Of a stretch of 64,000 bases of DNA, positions 38,729-49,355 are shown in pieces; positions within the stretch are counted from its first letter, which is position 1, and each line of letters begins with the position of its first letter. The DNA comes from Magnetococcales bacterium. Its GTDB lineage: Bacteria > Pseudomonadota > Magnetococcia > Magnetococcales > JADGCH01. The stretch lies in contig JADGCH010000006.1 in assembly GCA_015229115.1 (NCBI GenBank), positions 16,538 through 80,537 of the forward strand. Reading direction: 5' to 3'. The notes below the pieces were generated by a model, which was given only the letters and a program-made list of their open reading frames with translations, had not been told where the DNA came from and did no database searches. A program made the translations under genes and the position numbers.

Positions 38729-39745
38729 TCAACGTTTTAACTCGGCATCAATGACTTCACGAATCTCTTCCAAAGGAACAGCTCCCACCAATTTGATGCC
38801 ATTGACAAAAAAAGTTGGCGTACCACTGACGCCCAGCCTCTCTCCTTCAGCTACGTCAGCAATGACTCTGCCCTTGTGCCGCTCTTCCGACAAGCACTGG
38901 TCGAAACGGGCCACATGGATGCCGGTAACGGTCGCAGCCAATTTTTTCAGGGTCGCCAAATCGAGAGACTCGGAACCGAACAAGGCATCGTGATAAGACC
39001 AGAACTGCCCCTGTTCATCGGCACACTGAGCCGCCTCAGCAGCCTTGGCTGCCTGTGGATGAAACGAAAGCGGATAATGGCGGTAGATAACACGTATCTT
39101 ACCAGCATAGAGTTTATCGAGCTGTTTCAACGTTTCCTGCACACGGCGACAGTAGGTACACTGAAAATCGGAAAACTCGACAATCGTGACCTTGGCATCG
39201 GACGGGCCCTTGGTCGGGGTCGTCGCTCCCTGTACTGCAAATCGCGGTGCCTGGGGCGCTTCAAGCAAAATCTCAGCCCGATATTTCTGAGCCAATTCGG
39301 CAATAAACCTGGCCTGAACCTGTTCCCGCGCCCGTTCGGTCATGAAATCACGCAGCTTGTCACGCAACTGGGGATCGTCCTTGGGCAACCGCTGACTATT
39401 TTTGGCGATAAACTCATCCAGCTTCTGGTCTGTAGGTTTTTCTGCCTTGGCGTTAATCTCCGCTTCCAACTGATCCATGGAAATCTTGCGGGCCGCAACC
39501 TCCAGCTTGAGCAGGTGTTCCGCCATCATCTCCTGAATTTTTGCCATACGCAGATCATGGCGCTTCCGATCCAGATCGTAGAAAGGACCTTGCAATGCCT
39601 GATCAAGTTTGGAGCGCGTGATGATCCAGTCATCAACACGGGCAGCAACGGCATCGTTGTTTTCGGCAGCTCGTGCCATGACGGGAGATCCGGTAGCCCA
39701 TAGTGACAACGCCACCAGAGTCGATAAAAATATGGTCTTGATCAT
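38729..39745 (-). CDS. DsbA-family thiol-disulfide oxidoreductase with N-terminal chaperone-like extension
   Basis: Signal peptide, EFSDFQCTYC, GVSGTPTFFVNG. Confidence 0.88.
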   Translation of the reverse strand: MIKTIFLSTLVALSLWATGSPVMARAAENNDAVAARVDDWIITRSKLDQALQGPFYDLDRKRHDLRMAKIQEMMAEHLLKLEVAARKISMDQLEAEINAKAEKPTDQKLDEFIAKNSQRLPKDDPQLRDKLRDFMTERAREQVQARFIAELAQKYRAEILLEAPQAPRFAVQGATTPTKGPSDAKVTIVEFSDFQCTYCRRVQETLKQLDKLYAGKIRVIYRHYPLSFHPQAAKAAEAAQCADEQGQFWSYHDALFGSESLDLATLKKLAATVTGIHVARFDQCLSEERHKGRVIADVAEGERLGVSGTPTFFVNGIKLVGAVPLEEIREVIDAELKR

Positions 39746-39768
39746 CGTGATTACTGGTTCCCCTATGT

Positions 39769-40227
39769 TTAAGATTCCAAAGAAGGTCGGGAAGACTCCG
39801 TGCCATAAATGGCGTCTGCACGTTTACGAAAAGCTTCAACCATTTTCTGGGTTGCCGCGCCAAAAAAAGGCCCGAGCGTCAGATCAAGCAATCGCTTTCT
39901 GAAATTAAAATCGATGATAAAGTCAACCCTGCTACCTGCCTCAAGGGCTGTAAAGCGCCACTCGTTGTCCAGATGACTGAAGGGCCCATGGTGCAAACTG
40001 ATCTGAATGCGCTCGGGTGGCCAAATCCGGTCTACCGTCTGAAAACTCTCCCGCAAACCCTTGAACGAGACCGTCATCTCAGCCATAAACTGGGTTGTGG
40101 TCACATCGAATTTGCGTGCCTTGAGACACCATGGCAGAAACAGCGGATAGGAATCCATATCGACCACCAGATCAAACATCTGCTGCTGAGAATAAGGCAC
40201 AACGGCACTGGCTTTTTGAATGGCCAT
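39769..40227 (-). CDS. Coq10/RatA(PasT) START-domain protein, copy 2
   Basis: VPYSQQQMFDLVVDMDSYPLFLPWC, GPFSHLDNEWRF, AFRKRA. Confidence 0.9.
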   Translation of the reverse strand: MAIQKASAVVPYSQQQMFDLVVDMDSYPLFLPWCLKARKFDVTTTQFMAEMTVSFKGLRESFQTVDRIWPPERIQISLHHGPFSHLDNEWRFTALEAGSRVDFIIDFNFRKRLLDLTLGPFFGAATQKMVEAFRKRADAIYGTESSRPSLES

Positions 40228-40673
40228 CAGAGCTGACCTTTGGGAACAGGATAAACAGCAAAGGCCCGCTTGCGGAACGCTTCCAGCATGGTTTGCGATG
40301 CGTGAGCAAAAACAGGGCCCAATGTCATGTTTAGCAACCGGCTTTTGAACTGAAAATCAATAAAAAAATCAACTCGTGTGCCACCATGAACCGCCGTAAA
40401 ACGCCACTCGTTCTCCAGCTTTTCAAAAGGTCCAGAGTGTAAACGGACAGTAATCCGGTCATAGGGGTAAAGTTGATCAATCGTGCGAAAACTCTCGCGA
40501 AACCCCTTAAAATTGACAACCATCTCAGCTATGAACTGTCTATCCCGCTCTTCAGAGACCCTTGCTTGGCTACACCAGGGCAAAAACTCCGGATAGCGCC
40601 TCACATCTGCCACCAGCTGATAAATCTGCTCCGGTTGAAAAGGCACAGTATCGTGTAATCGGATTGCCGGCAT
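40227..40673 (-). CDS. Coq10/RatA(PasT) START-domain protein, copy 1
   Basis: LVADVRRYPEFLPWC, GPFEKLENEWRF, AFRKRA. Confidence 0.9.
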   Translation of the reverse strand: MPAIRLHDTVPFQPEQIYQLVADVRRYPEFLPWCSQARVSEERDRQFIAEMVVNFKGFRESFRTIDQLYPYDRITVRLHSGPFEKLENEWRFTAVHGGTRVDFFIDFQFKSRLLNMTLGPVFAHASQTMLEAFRKRAFAVYPVPKGQL

Positions 40674-40703
40674 CGTCTTTGAGTTGCTCTATGAAACACG
40701 GAC

Positions 40704-40717
40704 TTGATTTATATCAT
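40704..40717. promoter_or_regulatory. FNR-like box TTGAT-TTAT-ATCAT
   Basis: 9/10 match to TTGAT-N4-ATCAA, about 30 bp upstream of the Coq10-Coq10-dsbA-petABC run. Confidence 0.45.
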
Positions 40718-40989
40718 GCCATGAACTTTCTGTTCGTGACATACAAAACTATCAAAGCGCTTCATTATACCAATCCGCCACAGTTACCACAAATGATAAA
40801 ACGCAGATAACGTGTTTTTCTGTTTCGAACTACCTATACAAAGTTATCTAAATCATCAAAAATAATTATAGATAAACCGGCTGGATGGTGAGCTTTCCAG
40901 GCCGTATAATGAGCGTGTCTTGACAGTTGTCCTGTCTACCCTTACATTTTATTATTTCCTCAACACTCCAACTCTGGATGACGCGATTC

Positions 40990-42180
40990 ATGGAAGAGTT
41001 TTTTCGTATCAAGCGGTTGCCGCCTTATGTGTTTGCTGTTGTCAATGAGCTGAAATGCCAGGCCAGAGCACGTGGCGAAGACATCATCGATTTCGGTATG
41101 GGAAACCCGGACTTGCCAACTCCGCAACACATCGTCGATAAGTTGTGTGAAGCCGCACAGCAGGGACGCAACCACCGTTATTCGGTCTCGCGCGGCATTC
41201 TCGGCCTGCGACGCGCTATCTGTGGCTATTACAAACGGCGCTTTAATGTTGACCTTGATCCGGATAGCGAAGCCATTGTGACCATTGGTTCCAAAGAGGG
41301 TCTGTCCCATCTGGCCTTGGCCATGACCACGCCTGGAATGACCGTTCTAACGCCCAATCCAACCTATCCTATCCATGTCTACAGTTTCGTGCTATCCGGT
41401 GCTGATATCCGTCATGTACCCTTGTCACGCGATGTCGACTTTTTCGAGGAACTGCGCAAGGCCGTGCTCAACAGTTGGCCGCGCCCAAAAGTATTGGTGG
41501 TCAATTTCCCATCCAATCCGACAGCCATGGTCGTTGAGCTTGATTTTTACGAAAAGGTAGTCGCCTTTGCCCGCGAGTACAACCTGATGGTACTATCCGA
41601 CATCGCCTATGCCGAAATCTGTTTCGACGGCTACCAAGCCCCCAGTATTCTGCAGGTGCCCGGAGCCAAGGATGTGGCTGTTGAGTTTTATTCGCTCTCC
41701 AAGACCTACAACATGCCGGGGTGGCGTGTCGGCTTTGCGGTCGGCAATCCATACCTGATTCGCGCCCTGACACGCATTAAGTCCTACCTCGACTATGGCA
41801 TGTTTCAACCGATTCAGATTGCCGCCACTGTGGCGCTCAACGGTCCGCAGGAGTGCGTTGCCGAGGCGCGTCAAATCTACCAGTCACGACGGGATCTGTT
41901 GCTGGATGGTCTGTCACGTGCTGGATGGTCGATTGAACCACCCAAGGCCTCCATGTTCATCTGGGCCAAGATTCCGGAGGAGTTTCAAAAGCTAGGCTCG
42001 CTGGAGTTTACCAAACTGTTGTTAAAAGAAGCCAAGGTAGCTGTCAGTCCTGGTGTTGGGTTTGGTGAATATGGGGATGACTCGGTTCGGATTGCCTTGA
42101 TTGAGAACGAGCACCGTACCCGCCAGGCCATTCGCAGTATACGCCGGTTTCTGGGTGCCGGGGCCGATGTCAGACCGTAA
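40990..42180 (+). CDS. alaC: PLP-dependent class I/II aminotransferase (AlaC-like)
   Basis: [41 protein letters not shown]; upstream of hom. Confidence 0.88.
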   Translation: MEEFFRIKRLPPYVFAVVNELKCQARARGEDIIDFGMGNPDLPTPQHIVDKLCEAAQQGRNHRYSVSRGILGLRRAICGYYKRRFNVDLDPDSEAIVTIGSKEGLSHLALAMTTPGMTVLTPNPTYPIHVYSFVLSGADIRHVPLSRDVDFFEELRKAVLNSWPRPKVLVVNFPSNPTAMVVELDFYEKVVAFAREYNLMVLSDIAYAEICFDGYQAPSILQVPGAKDVAVEFYSLSKTYNMPGWRVGFAVGNPYLIRALTRIKSYLDYGMFQPIQIAATVALNGPQECVAEARQIYQSRRDLLLDGLSRAGWSIEPPKASMFIWAKIPEEFQKLGSLEFTKLLLKEAKVAVSPGVGFGEYGDDSVRIALIENEHRTRQAIRSIRRFLGAGADVRP

Positions 42181-42192
42181 TACAGAGAAAGG

Positions 42193-43515
42193 ATGGGTCC
42201 ACTGATGGAATTGCGTATTGGTCTTCTGGGATTGGGTACGGTTGGTTCCGGCGTCGTTCGTCTGCTGCAGACCCATGCCAAGTTACTGGAACAACGTAGT
42301 GGCGTGGTGTTGCGCTTGGTACGTATCGCCACCAAACGCATACCCGGTTGGGATCGTGGCTTCGACCTTGGCACGACGGAATTGACGGACGATGTCACAC
42401 GGGTCGTTGGTGCCAGCGATATCGATGTCTGTATTGAGCTAATTGGCGGCATCCACCCTGCCCGCGACTTCATCACCACAGCCCTGCAGCATGGCCAGCA
42501 TGTCGTCACAGCCAACAAGGCCCTGATTGCCGAGCATGGCAATGAGCTGTTTGCATTGGCGCAACAGCAGAATATTGAACTGGCCTTTGAGGCCGCCGTA
42601 GCCGGTGCTATTCCCATCATCCGGGTCATGAAGGAAGGTCTGGTGGCCAACCAGATTGAACAACTCTATGGTATCCTGAACGGCACCTGCAATTACATCC
42701 TGACGGAAATGCGCGAAAAGGGATTGCCTTTTGACCAAGTGTTGGCTGAGGCGCAGCGCCTGGGTTACGCCGAGGCTGATCCGACACTGGATATTGATGG
42801 TATTGACGCGGCACACAAGTTGGCTATCCTGGCCGCCATCGCTTTTGGAACCCCTGTCGCCTTTCACGATGTGACGGTTGAAGGAATTCGCCACGTTTCC
42901 GACCTTGACATTTACTGGGCCAGGGAAATGGGCTATCGCATTAAATTATTGGGGATCGCCAAACAAAGTGCTGCCGGTCTGGATGTTCGGGTACAGCCGG
43001 TTATGATCAACGCACATAGCACCCTAGCCGCTGTTGACGGGGTGTTCAATGCCGTCTTTGTCCAGAGCGATTTTGCCGGCTCATCAATGTATTACGGCCG
43101 TGGCGCTGGTGAAAAACCGACAGCCAGCGCTGTTGTCTCCGATTTAGTTGACTTGGCAAGAAACTTACGCTCAGGAGCCCGCCAACGGGTTGCCAGCCTA
43201 TCAACACAACCCCAGCATCTACGACCTCGTCATTGCTGTCCGGTTGAAGATCGGACCGGTGAATATTACCTACGGCTGCTGGTGCGTGATCGCCCGGGAG
43301 TGCTGGCAGAGATTGCTACCATTCTTAAAAATGGCCAGATTTCGTTGAAGATTGTTCATCAGCATCAGCGCGCTCCGATGGAGGCTGTTCCTCTGATTAT
43401 TGTCACGCACGAGACATCGGAACAGCAAATCCAGGCCGGTTTGAAAGCGCTATCGGAGCTGGAATCGGTGTTGGAGCCCCCGCGTTTGATCCGTATTGAA
43501 CATTTGGGCGCGTAG
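42193..43515 (+). CDS. hom: Homoserine dehydrogenase
   Basis: GLGTVG, VVTANKA, FEAAVAGAIP, GILNGTCNYIL, GYAEADP, C-terminal ACT (DRPGVLA). Confidence 0.96.
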   Translation: MGPLMELRIGLLGLGTVGSGVVRLLQTHAKLLEQRSGVVLRLVRIATKRIPGWDRGFDLGTTELTDDVTRVVGASDIDVCIELIGGIHPARDFITTALQHGQHVVTANKALIAEHGNELFALAQQQNIELAFEAAVAGAIPIIRVMKEGLVANQIEQLYGILNGTCNYILTEMREKGLPFDQVLAEAQRLGYAEADPTLDIDGIDAAHKLAILAAIAFGTPVAFHDVTVEGIRHVSDLDIYWAREMGYRIKLLGIAKQSAAGLDVRVQPVMINAHSTLAAVDGVFNAVFVQSDFAGSSMYYGRGAGEKPTASAVVSDLVDLARNLRSGARQRVASLSTQPQHLRPRHCCPVEDRTGEYYLRLLVRDRPGVLAEIATILKNGQISLKIVHQHQRAPMEAVPLIIVTHETSEQQIQAGLKALSELESVLEPPRLIRIEHLGA

Positions 43516-43528
43516 TCAGGGAAGTGTT

Positions 43529-45619
43529 ATGGTCCAGAAGTACGTTCCGCCTCTGATTTCTGTTGTCATTCCAGCCTATAATGCCAGTAGGACCTTGGTA
43601 GCGGCTATAGAGTCGGTGTTGCAGCAGGATGTGCGACCGATTGAGATTATTGTGGTTGATGATGCCTCATCTGACGGTACGCTGGAGTTGGCGCGTTCTT
43701 TTGTAACACGGTATGACTTCATCCAAGTTGTTTCCCAGGTGCGCAATGCTGGCCCATCCCAATCTCGCAACCTCGGGCTCGGTATTGCGCAGGCACCCTA
43801 TGTCTGTTTTCTTGATGCCGATGATGAGTATCTGCCAGGATTTCTTAACAAGACCATGCAGGTTCTACAAGAAGATCGATCTGTTAGCGTCGTCAGTACC
43901 GCAGTCGAGATTGTCAACCTGAACTCGTCCAAGGTCATCCACAACCTCAATGATGCTGTTGCTAGTTCGCTTCCGTCCAACATATTGGTGCGTAAAGAAG
44001 CACTACTACTGATCGGTGGATTCGCCGTAGCACCGTTTTTCCACCGTCAAAGCACCGAAGATGTACTACTTCGCCGCATGCTACGGACCTATTTCAAAAA
44101 TAAACATGTACCTGAAAAATTATACAAGCATATTTTATATGGAAACAATAATCATCTTCACGGTGTGATAGACACGTACAATAATGTAGATAATAATGCT
44201 GAATTTAGTCAGTTCTATTACGACCATACCCTTGAACACAACCGTGTTCGCGATTCTGCTATCCAACGCATGCAGAATGTGATTCAGTCAAGCACCAGCA
44301 TTCCATCCTTCGTCCACTGGAACTTCACCTCGTCTATCCATCACGCTGAATGGCAGCAACTGTCCCAACGCTATCATACTATTCAGGGGTATCTACAGCC
44401 CATCGAAGGCTATCTACTCTATTACTGGGCTATGAATGGACCCGGACAAGGTGTTGTTGTAGAAATTGGCAGTTTCATGGGTCGATCCACTTGCTGGCTG
44501 GCAGCCGGCAGTCGAGCAGCCAATCGTGGCAAGGTGGTCGCATGTGACCACTTCCGTGGATCTCCCGAACATCAAGTTGGTGCAGTTGAGGAAGTCACAG
44601 CAATTGTCACGCATGGAACGACTTTACCGCAGTTTCAGGCCAATATCCAACGGATGGGACTAACTGACTGGGTTGAGACTCGAGTCGGTAGTTCAGAATC
44701 CGTTGGACATCTCTGGCCACGTACTCAACCTATTCGGCTATTGTTTATCGATGCCGACCATTCCTACGAGACAACACGGCTCGATTTCATCACTTGGTTG
44801 CCTCTTGTTGAACCAGGTGGATTAGTTGCTTTTCATGATATCGGTGTATTCTGGGGATGTTCCCAGTTTTATAATGAATTATTACAACACAACCCAACCA
44901 TTGAAGAGGTTGGATCTGCTGGTACCATTCGGTTGGTGCGCAAACCATTCAGCACTATACAACTATCGTTACCAGAGGTGACTGAATCGCCACTGGCACT
45001 TGAAACGAAGAAACAAGCAGCACAGTCCAAGACCTTGCGTGGCAATTGGCACCGTGCCAACGGCCAGTTGCAGGAAGCCATCGATTGTTATCGTCAAGCG
45101 TTGGCTATTTATGCACTTGATGCTGAGGCACTACTACAGTTGGGTGCTATCTTCTTTGCCCAAAGTCAACTAGATCAAGCCGAACGCTACTACCGCATGG
45201 CCACTACGGTTACCCCTGTTGCTGGCGCTACCTACAATAACCTAGCCATGGTGCTGGAAAAACAGGGTAAATTCGAAGAGGCAATCGAGTACTATAATCG
45301 TGCTATCGGACAGGAACCACAGCAGGTCTTTTTTTATCTCAATTTAGCAGCTGTCCATTTTGGTCAAGGTCAACTGGACCAAGCAGAACTCTGCTACCGA
45401 CGCGCACTAACGGTAACAACCCGTTCCGTTGAGCTATGGAGCCGTCTGGGACTTGTCCTGGCAAAGCAAGATCGACTGGATGAAGCACTAGAGTGTTTTG
45501 ATCGCGCGTTTGAACTTCATCCGGACCATCCCGAACCCAAAACGTACCTGCATACCTTACAGGGATCCCAGCAGAAAAGGTTGGATCGTATCGGGCAAAT
45601 GCTGTCATACAATCCCTGA
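43529..45619 (+). CDS. GT2 glycosyltransferase + class I SAM methyltransferase (Methyltransf_24-like) + TPR fusion (A)
   Basis: ISVVIPAYNA, VDDASSD, FLDADD; VEIGSFMGRST, FIDADHSYE, FHD; several TPRs. Confidence 0.85.
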   Translation: MVQKYVPPLISVVIPAYNASRTLVAAIESVLQQDVRPIEIIVVDDASSDGTLELARSFVTRYDFIQVVSQVRNAGPSQSRNLGLGIAQAPYVCFLDADDEYLPGFLNKTMQVLQEDRSVSVVSTAVEIVNLNSSKVIHNLNDAVASSLPSNILVRKEALLLIGGFAVAPFFHRQSTEDVLLRRMLRTYFKNKHVPEKLYKHILYGNNNHLHGVIDTYNNVDNNAEFSQFYYDHTLEHNRVRDSAIQRMQNVIQSSTSIPSFVHWNFTSSIHHAEWQQLSQRYHTIQGYLQPIEGYLLYYWAMNGPGQGVVVEIGSFMGRSTCWLAAGSRAANRGKVVACDHFRGSPEHQVGAVEEVTAIVTHGTTLPQFQANIQRMGLTDWVETRVGSSESVGHLWPRTQPIRLLFIDADHSYETTRLDFITWLPLVEPGGLVAFHDIGVFWGCSQFYNELLQHNPTIEEVGSAGTIRLVRKPFSTIQLSLPEVTESPLALETKKQAAQSKTLRGNWHRANGQLQEAIDCYRQALAIYALDAEALLQLGAIFFAQSQLDQAERYYRMATTVTPVAGATYNNLAMVLEKQGKFEEAIEYYNRAIGQEPQQVFFYLNLAAVHFGQGQLDQAELCYRRALTVTTRSVELWSRLGLVLAKQDRLDEALECFDRAFELHPDHPEPKTYLHTLQGSQQKRLDRIGQMLSYNP

Positions 45620-45671
45620 ATACCTTGTGCCAAAGCAAGTACCCAATAGCAGCAATATCAGGATAAAAAGA

Positions 45672-46961
45672 GTGAAGCAAATTAGTTATAATGAAGTTCC
45701 AATTATTATAAATAGTTTCAACAAAAAAACATGCCTAGAGTTGCTGCTCAATTGGTTGCGTGAATATGAATATAAGAGGATATTCATTATCGATAACGCG
45801 TCGACGTACCAACCTCTCTTAAAATATTATGATGAATTGCTCTACAATTTTCCGCCTAATGTTATCAGCATCGCTAAACTGTCGTCCAACTACGGGCCAT
45901 TTGCCCTGTGGAACAAGGATCTTTTGCGTGGGTTAGGAATAGAATCAGAGTTCGTCTACACCGATAGCACTGTCGTTCCCGATGAGAATTGTCCTGGTGA
46001 CGTTGTCGGGTATTTACAGAATGTCCTAGTTAATCATTCCACCATCAGCAGTATTGGCCTCGGAGTACGGGTCGATGATATTCCACAAAGCAATTCGTCT
46101 CGTGACGCAATCCAGAAAATGGAGTCGCGCCTTTGGCAAAAACCCGCTATGCGGGGATTTTTTTGGGCGGAATCGGAAACGACCTTCACCCTGTACCGAC
46201 CACTGGCCCAACGCAATTCCAATCCCGCCAGCATAAGAAGCGGTTATCCATACCTTGCACGACGCACCAGCTGGTATACAAACAGCTTACGCTTGACCGA
46301 AGAAGAGGGCTTCTGTGCCACTGCAACCGGCTATGGTGCCAAACATGCTCATCAAGGAACATCCGACACCACGAAACAGTTGTTGCATTTAGGTTGTGGT
46401 AGGGATTATTTTCCCGGGTGGATTAACCTAGACATGGTCGGTTGTGCTGATATCCATTTCAACCTCGATAACTGTGGGGAAGAGAAGATTCCCCTATCAG
46501 ATGACCAAATCGACGGATTTTATATGTCACATCTCTTTGAGCATATTCGAAATCCACTGACCATGATGGAGGAATTATGGCGTATCGCCAAGAATGGTGC
46601 ACAATTGATCATACGCTTGCCCTATGGTTCTTCTGATGATGCCTTCGAGGATCCAACCTACGTGAGGCCCTATTTTGAGACTAGTTTTCATGTATTCTCT
46701 CAGTCATCACACAAAACGGCAGATTATGGATACAGGGCTGATTGGCATACTGAGAAAATTATGCTGATTGTCCCGAAAGGGACTATTGGTGAAATAGCCG
46801 AGACCTATAAGCAGATCAAGCAGAAGCGGAACATAGTTCGTGAAATGGTTGTCATGATGCGTGCGGTAAAACCGGCTAGGTTATCAACCGCAAAATTCGA
46901 GAGTATTCCAACAGTCATCATAGATAATCCTCTCCTAGAACAAGCTAGTTTTTTATGGTAA
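45672..46961 (+). CDS. GT-A-like domain + methyltransferase fusion (B)
   Basis: PIIINSFN, IIDNASTY; LHLGCG...GWINLD, SHLFEH, DPT; start uncertain (GTG 45672). Confidence 0.75.
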   Translation: MKQISYNEVPIIINSFNKKTCLELLLNWLREYEYKRIFIIDNASTYQPLLKYYDELLYNFPPNVISIAKLSSNYGPFALWNKDLLRGLGIESEFVYTDSTVVPDENCPGDVVGYLQNVLVNHSTISSIGLGVRVDDIPQSNSSRDAIQKMESRLWQKPAMRGFFWAESETTFTLYRPLAQRNSNPASIRSGYPYLARRTSWYTNSLRLTEEEGFCATATGYGAKHAHQGTSDTTKQLLHLGCGRDYFPGWINLDMVGCADIHFNLDNCGEEKIPLSDDQIDGFYMSHLFEHIRNPLTMMEELWRIAKNGAQLIIRLPYGSSDDAFEDPTYVRPYFETSFHVFSQSSHKTADYGYRADWHTEKIMLIVPKGTIGEIAETYKQIKQKRNIVREMVVMMRAVKPARLSTAKFESIPTVIIDNPLLEQASFLW

Positions 46962-46995
46962 ATTGATACTTATAGTTTGTAAAGAAATATAATAC

Positions 46996-48330
46996 ATGAA
47001 AGGCATTTACTATAAATATATTCCTATATTTATCAATAGCTTCAACAGAAAGAAGTGCTTAAGCCTGCTCGTTGATTGGCTGCTTGTTAATGACTATAAA
47101 AATATCCTCATTATCGATAATGCTTCTACGTATCCTCCCTTGCTGGAATATTTTACAACCCTAGAAAAATATCATGAAATCAAGCTGATACGGCTGGAAG
47201 AAAATTTGGGACACGAGTGCATATGGAAAGCCAATCTGCTCGAATCATTGAACATTGATTCCGAATTTGTCTATACCGACCCGGACATCCTCCCAGATGA
47301 AGGATGCCCATCTGACGTTGTCGGTCATTTACAGCAAATCCTGATCCGTAATCCTTCGATTAGCAAAGTAGGTATTGGCATACGTATTGATGATCTTCCT
47401 GAGTGCAACCGTTCACGCAGAGATCTTGAGATGATGTTTTTCTATCGCTGGCGAAAACCTGCTATGCCTGGTCTTTTTTGGGCACCGGTCGATACGGTTT
47501 TTGCTCTCTATCGTCCATTCGGATCCAGAAACTTTAGCTTCAGCAACACCTGTACAGGATATCCTTACTACGCAAGGCATTTGCCGTGGTATACCGATAG
47601 TGATAATCTAAGCGATGAGGATTTGTACTACGGCGCGACAACTGCAACGGGGGTATCTCACTTTCTATATGGAAGATATATAGAGCCTATTCGTTTACAT
47701 GATAGATTAACCAAAGAAAAGTTCTATCGTGAGAATACGGTAAAACTGTTACATCTCTGTTGTGGTAAGGACTATTTTTTTGGCTGGATCAACCTAGATA
47801 GTAGGGAAAAGGCAGAGATTCAATTTGATCTCAATGCCTGTAACCATAGAAAGATTCCTCTGTTTGATGATTCTATCGATGGTTTTTACTTAAATCATTG
47901 CTTACAGAACGTTAGAGACCCTCTTCCATTGATGGCAGAACTCTGGCGTGTTGCCAAAAATAATGCTCGAATGATTGTTCGCGTGCCTCATGGATCGTCG
48001 GATCATGTGATGGCTAGTTTTCCAGATGTGAGACCCTACTTTGAGAGCAGTTTCAACTATTTTTCCCAGCCTGTCTATACGACATTCGATTATGGTTACA
48101 AGGCTGATTGGTCAGTCGAGAAAATCATCCTTCATGTCGATAATAGTCTAGCAGGAATGGGCGCAGATGATGTCTATCGTAACATCAAAACATTGACCAA
48201 TAGAGTCCATGAAATGATTGTGTTTCTGAGGGCTATCAAGCCTGAAAGAGATCGATGGCCTTCGTTGATCGATAAACCGAAAATTATTCTTAGTTTTTCT
48301 TCCCTGATTCCTGCAAGTGACCTATGGTGA
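46996..48330 (+). CDS. GT-A-like domain + methyltransferase-like fusion (B', paralog of B)
   Basis: PIFINSFN, IIDNASTY, YTDPD; LHLCCG...GWINLD. Confidence 0.78.
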   Translation: MKGIYYKYIPIFINSFNRKKCLSLLVDWLLVNDYKNILIIDNASTYPPLLEYFTTLEKYHEIKLIRLEENLGHECIWKANLLESLNIDSEFVYTDPDILPDEGCPSDVVGHLQQILIRNPSISKVGIGIRIDDLPECNRSRRDLEMMFFYRWRKPAMPGLFWAPVDTVFALYRPFGSRNFSFSNTCTGYPYYARHLPWYTDSDNLSDEDLYYGATTATGVSHFLYGRYIEPIRLHDRLTKEKFYRENTVKLLHLCCGKDYFFGWINLDSREKAEIQFDLNACNHRKIPLFDDSIDGFYLNHCLQNVRDPLPLMAELWRVAKNNARMIVRVPHGSSDHVMASFPDVRPYFESSFNYFSQPVYTTFDYGYKADWSVEKIILHVDNSLAGMGADDVYRNIKTLTNRVHEMIVFLRAIKPERDRWPSLIDKPKIILSFSSLIPASDLW

Positions 48331-48357
48331 GAGATACTTCGAAAACTGCGTGGCGCA

Positions 48358-49341
48358 ATGGGTATTAAAATGAATTTCAGTCAATTGGCACAAATTGAAC
48401 GTGAATTAGTAGACAGAAGTTTTGTACTACATCGAGACATCTACTCTATGTTGCCAGGTGAAACTTCGGAAAATGAAGTAGCCATCTCTGGATTTGGGGG
48501 GTATTTTTTTCTTAAGCTTGGATCAAATGCTTGGGAAAAACAGCTTACGGGAGAAATGGTATTAACTGATGAAGCGATACATCGGTGGATACAACTCATC
48601 GTTGAACGAATGAATAAAAGCAAAGAAATTGGTTTTAACTTGATCCATATGATCATACCTGAAAAGCAGATTATTTTTCCACAATTTAGGTGGGGTGTGT
48701 ACCACAGTGATATTAACCTTGACAGGAGAATTTCCAAGCAGTTAGTGAATGCTTTATCTCCTTATGCACGTTTCGTATACCCTGCTGATCTTTTGATTAA
48801 CTATCAATCTGAATGCGAATTATATTTTCGAGGAGATTCTCATTGGTGCGCAACTGGGTGTATAATAGCCGGGTTAGATATCATAAACAGACTTTTACCT
48901 GATAAGGCAATTTCTTTAGACAGTGTTAACTATATTAATTTTGAGCGTAATGTGTGGGCAGTCGACCTCCCGTCTAATTTTCTACCAAAAGAAAAAATGA
49001 CATTGGTTGGCCTTTACACTGCCATCTGTCATGAGGCGATTCTTATTAAACGGCCAGGAAAGACAATTTATGACAATAAATTGGATCGAATAACAGGTCA
49101 ACATTTGGGTAATCGTTACGTTATATTGAATGAAAATTCTATGACGGATGAGGAGGTGGCTATCTTTGGGGATAGTTATGCCTTTGCTTGTGGATTCAGT
49201 GATCTATTTGCCTATTTTTTCAGAAAGACGCATTTCTTCTGGGAAAAAAATATTGATTTCAATTATATTAACGATAATAGGATAAAGCATGTGGTCTGGG
49301 AAAGCTGTGAGAGGTTTCTAGTATCGATTCCTACTTTATAA
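48358..49341 (+). CDS. AlgX/AlgJ-like SGNH O-acetyltransferase-family protein
   Basis: IIPEKQIIFP, YFRGDSHW (DxH), IFGDSY; visibly AT-rich. Confidence 0.65.
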   Translation: MGIKMNFSQLAQIERELVDRSFVLHRDIYSMLPGETSENEVAISGFGGYFFLKLGSNAWEKQLTGEMVLTDEAIHRWIQLIVERMNKSKEIGFNLIHMIIPEKQIIFPQFRWGVYHSDINLDRRISKQLVNALSPYARFVYPADLLINYQSECELYFRGDSHWCATGCIIAGLDIINRLLPDKAISLDSVNYINFERNVWAVDLPSNFLPKEKMTLVGLYTAICHEAILIKRPGKTIYDNKLDRITGQHLGNRYVILNENSMTDEEVAIFGDSYAFACGFSDLFAYFFRKTHFFWEKNIDFNYINDNRIKHVVWESCERFLVSIPTL

Positions 49342-49355
49342 CTAACAGACTCCTA

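Noticed and set aside
37251-38993. 580-aa + strand ORF
   Set aside because: Antisense shadow of petB/petA/dsbA with no recognisable motifs; explained by codon bias of the real genes.
39769-40673. RatA genes as toxin-antitoxin toxins
   Set aside because: No antitoxin partner; the family is Coq10-like and the context is respiratory.
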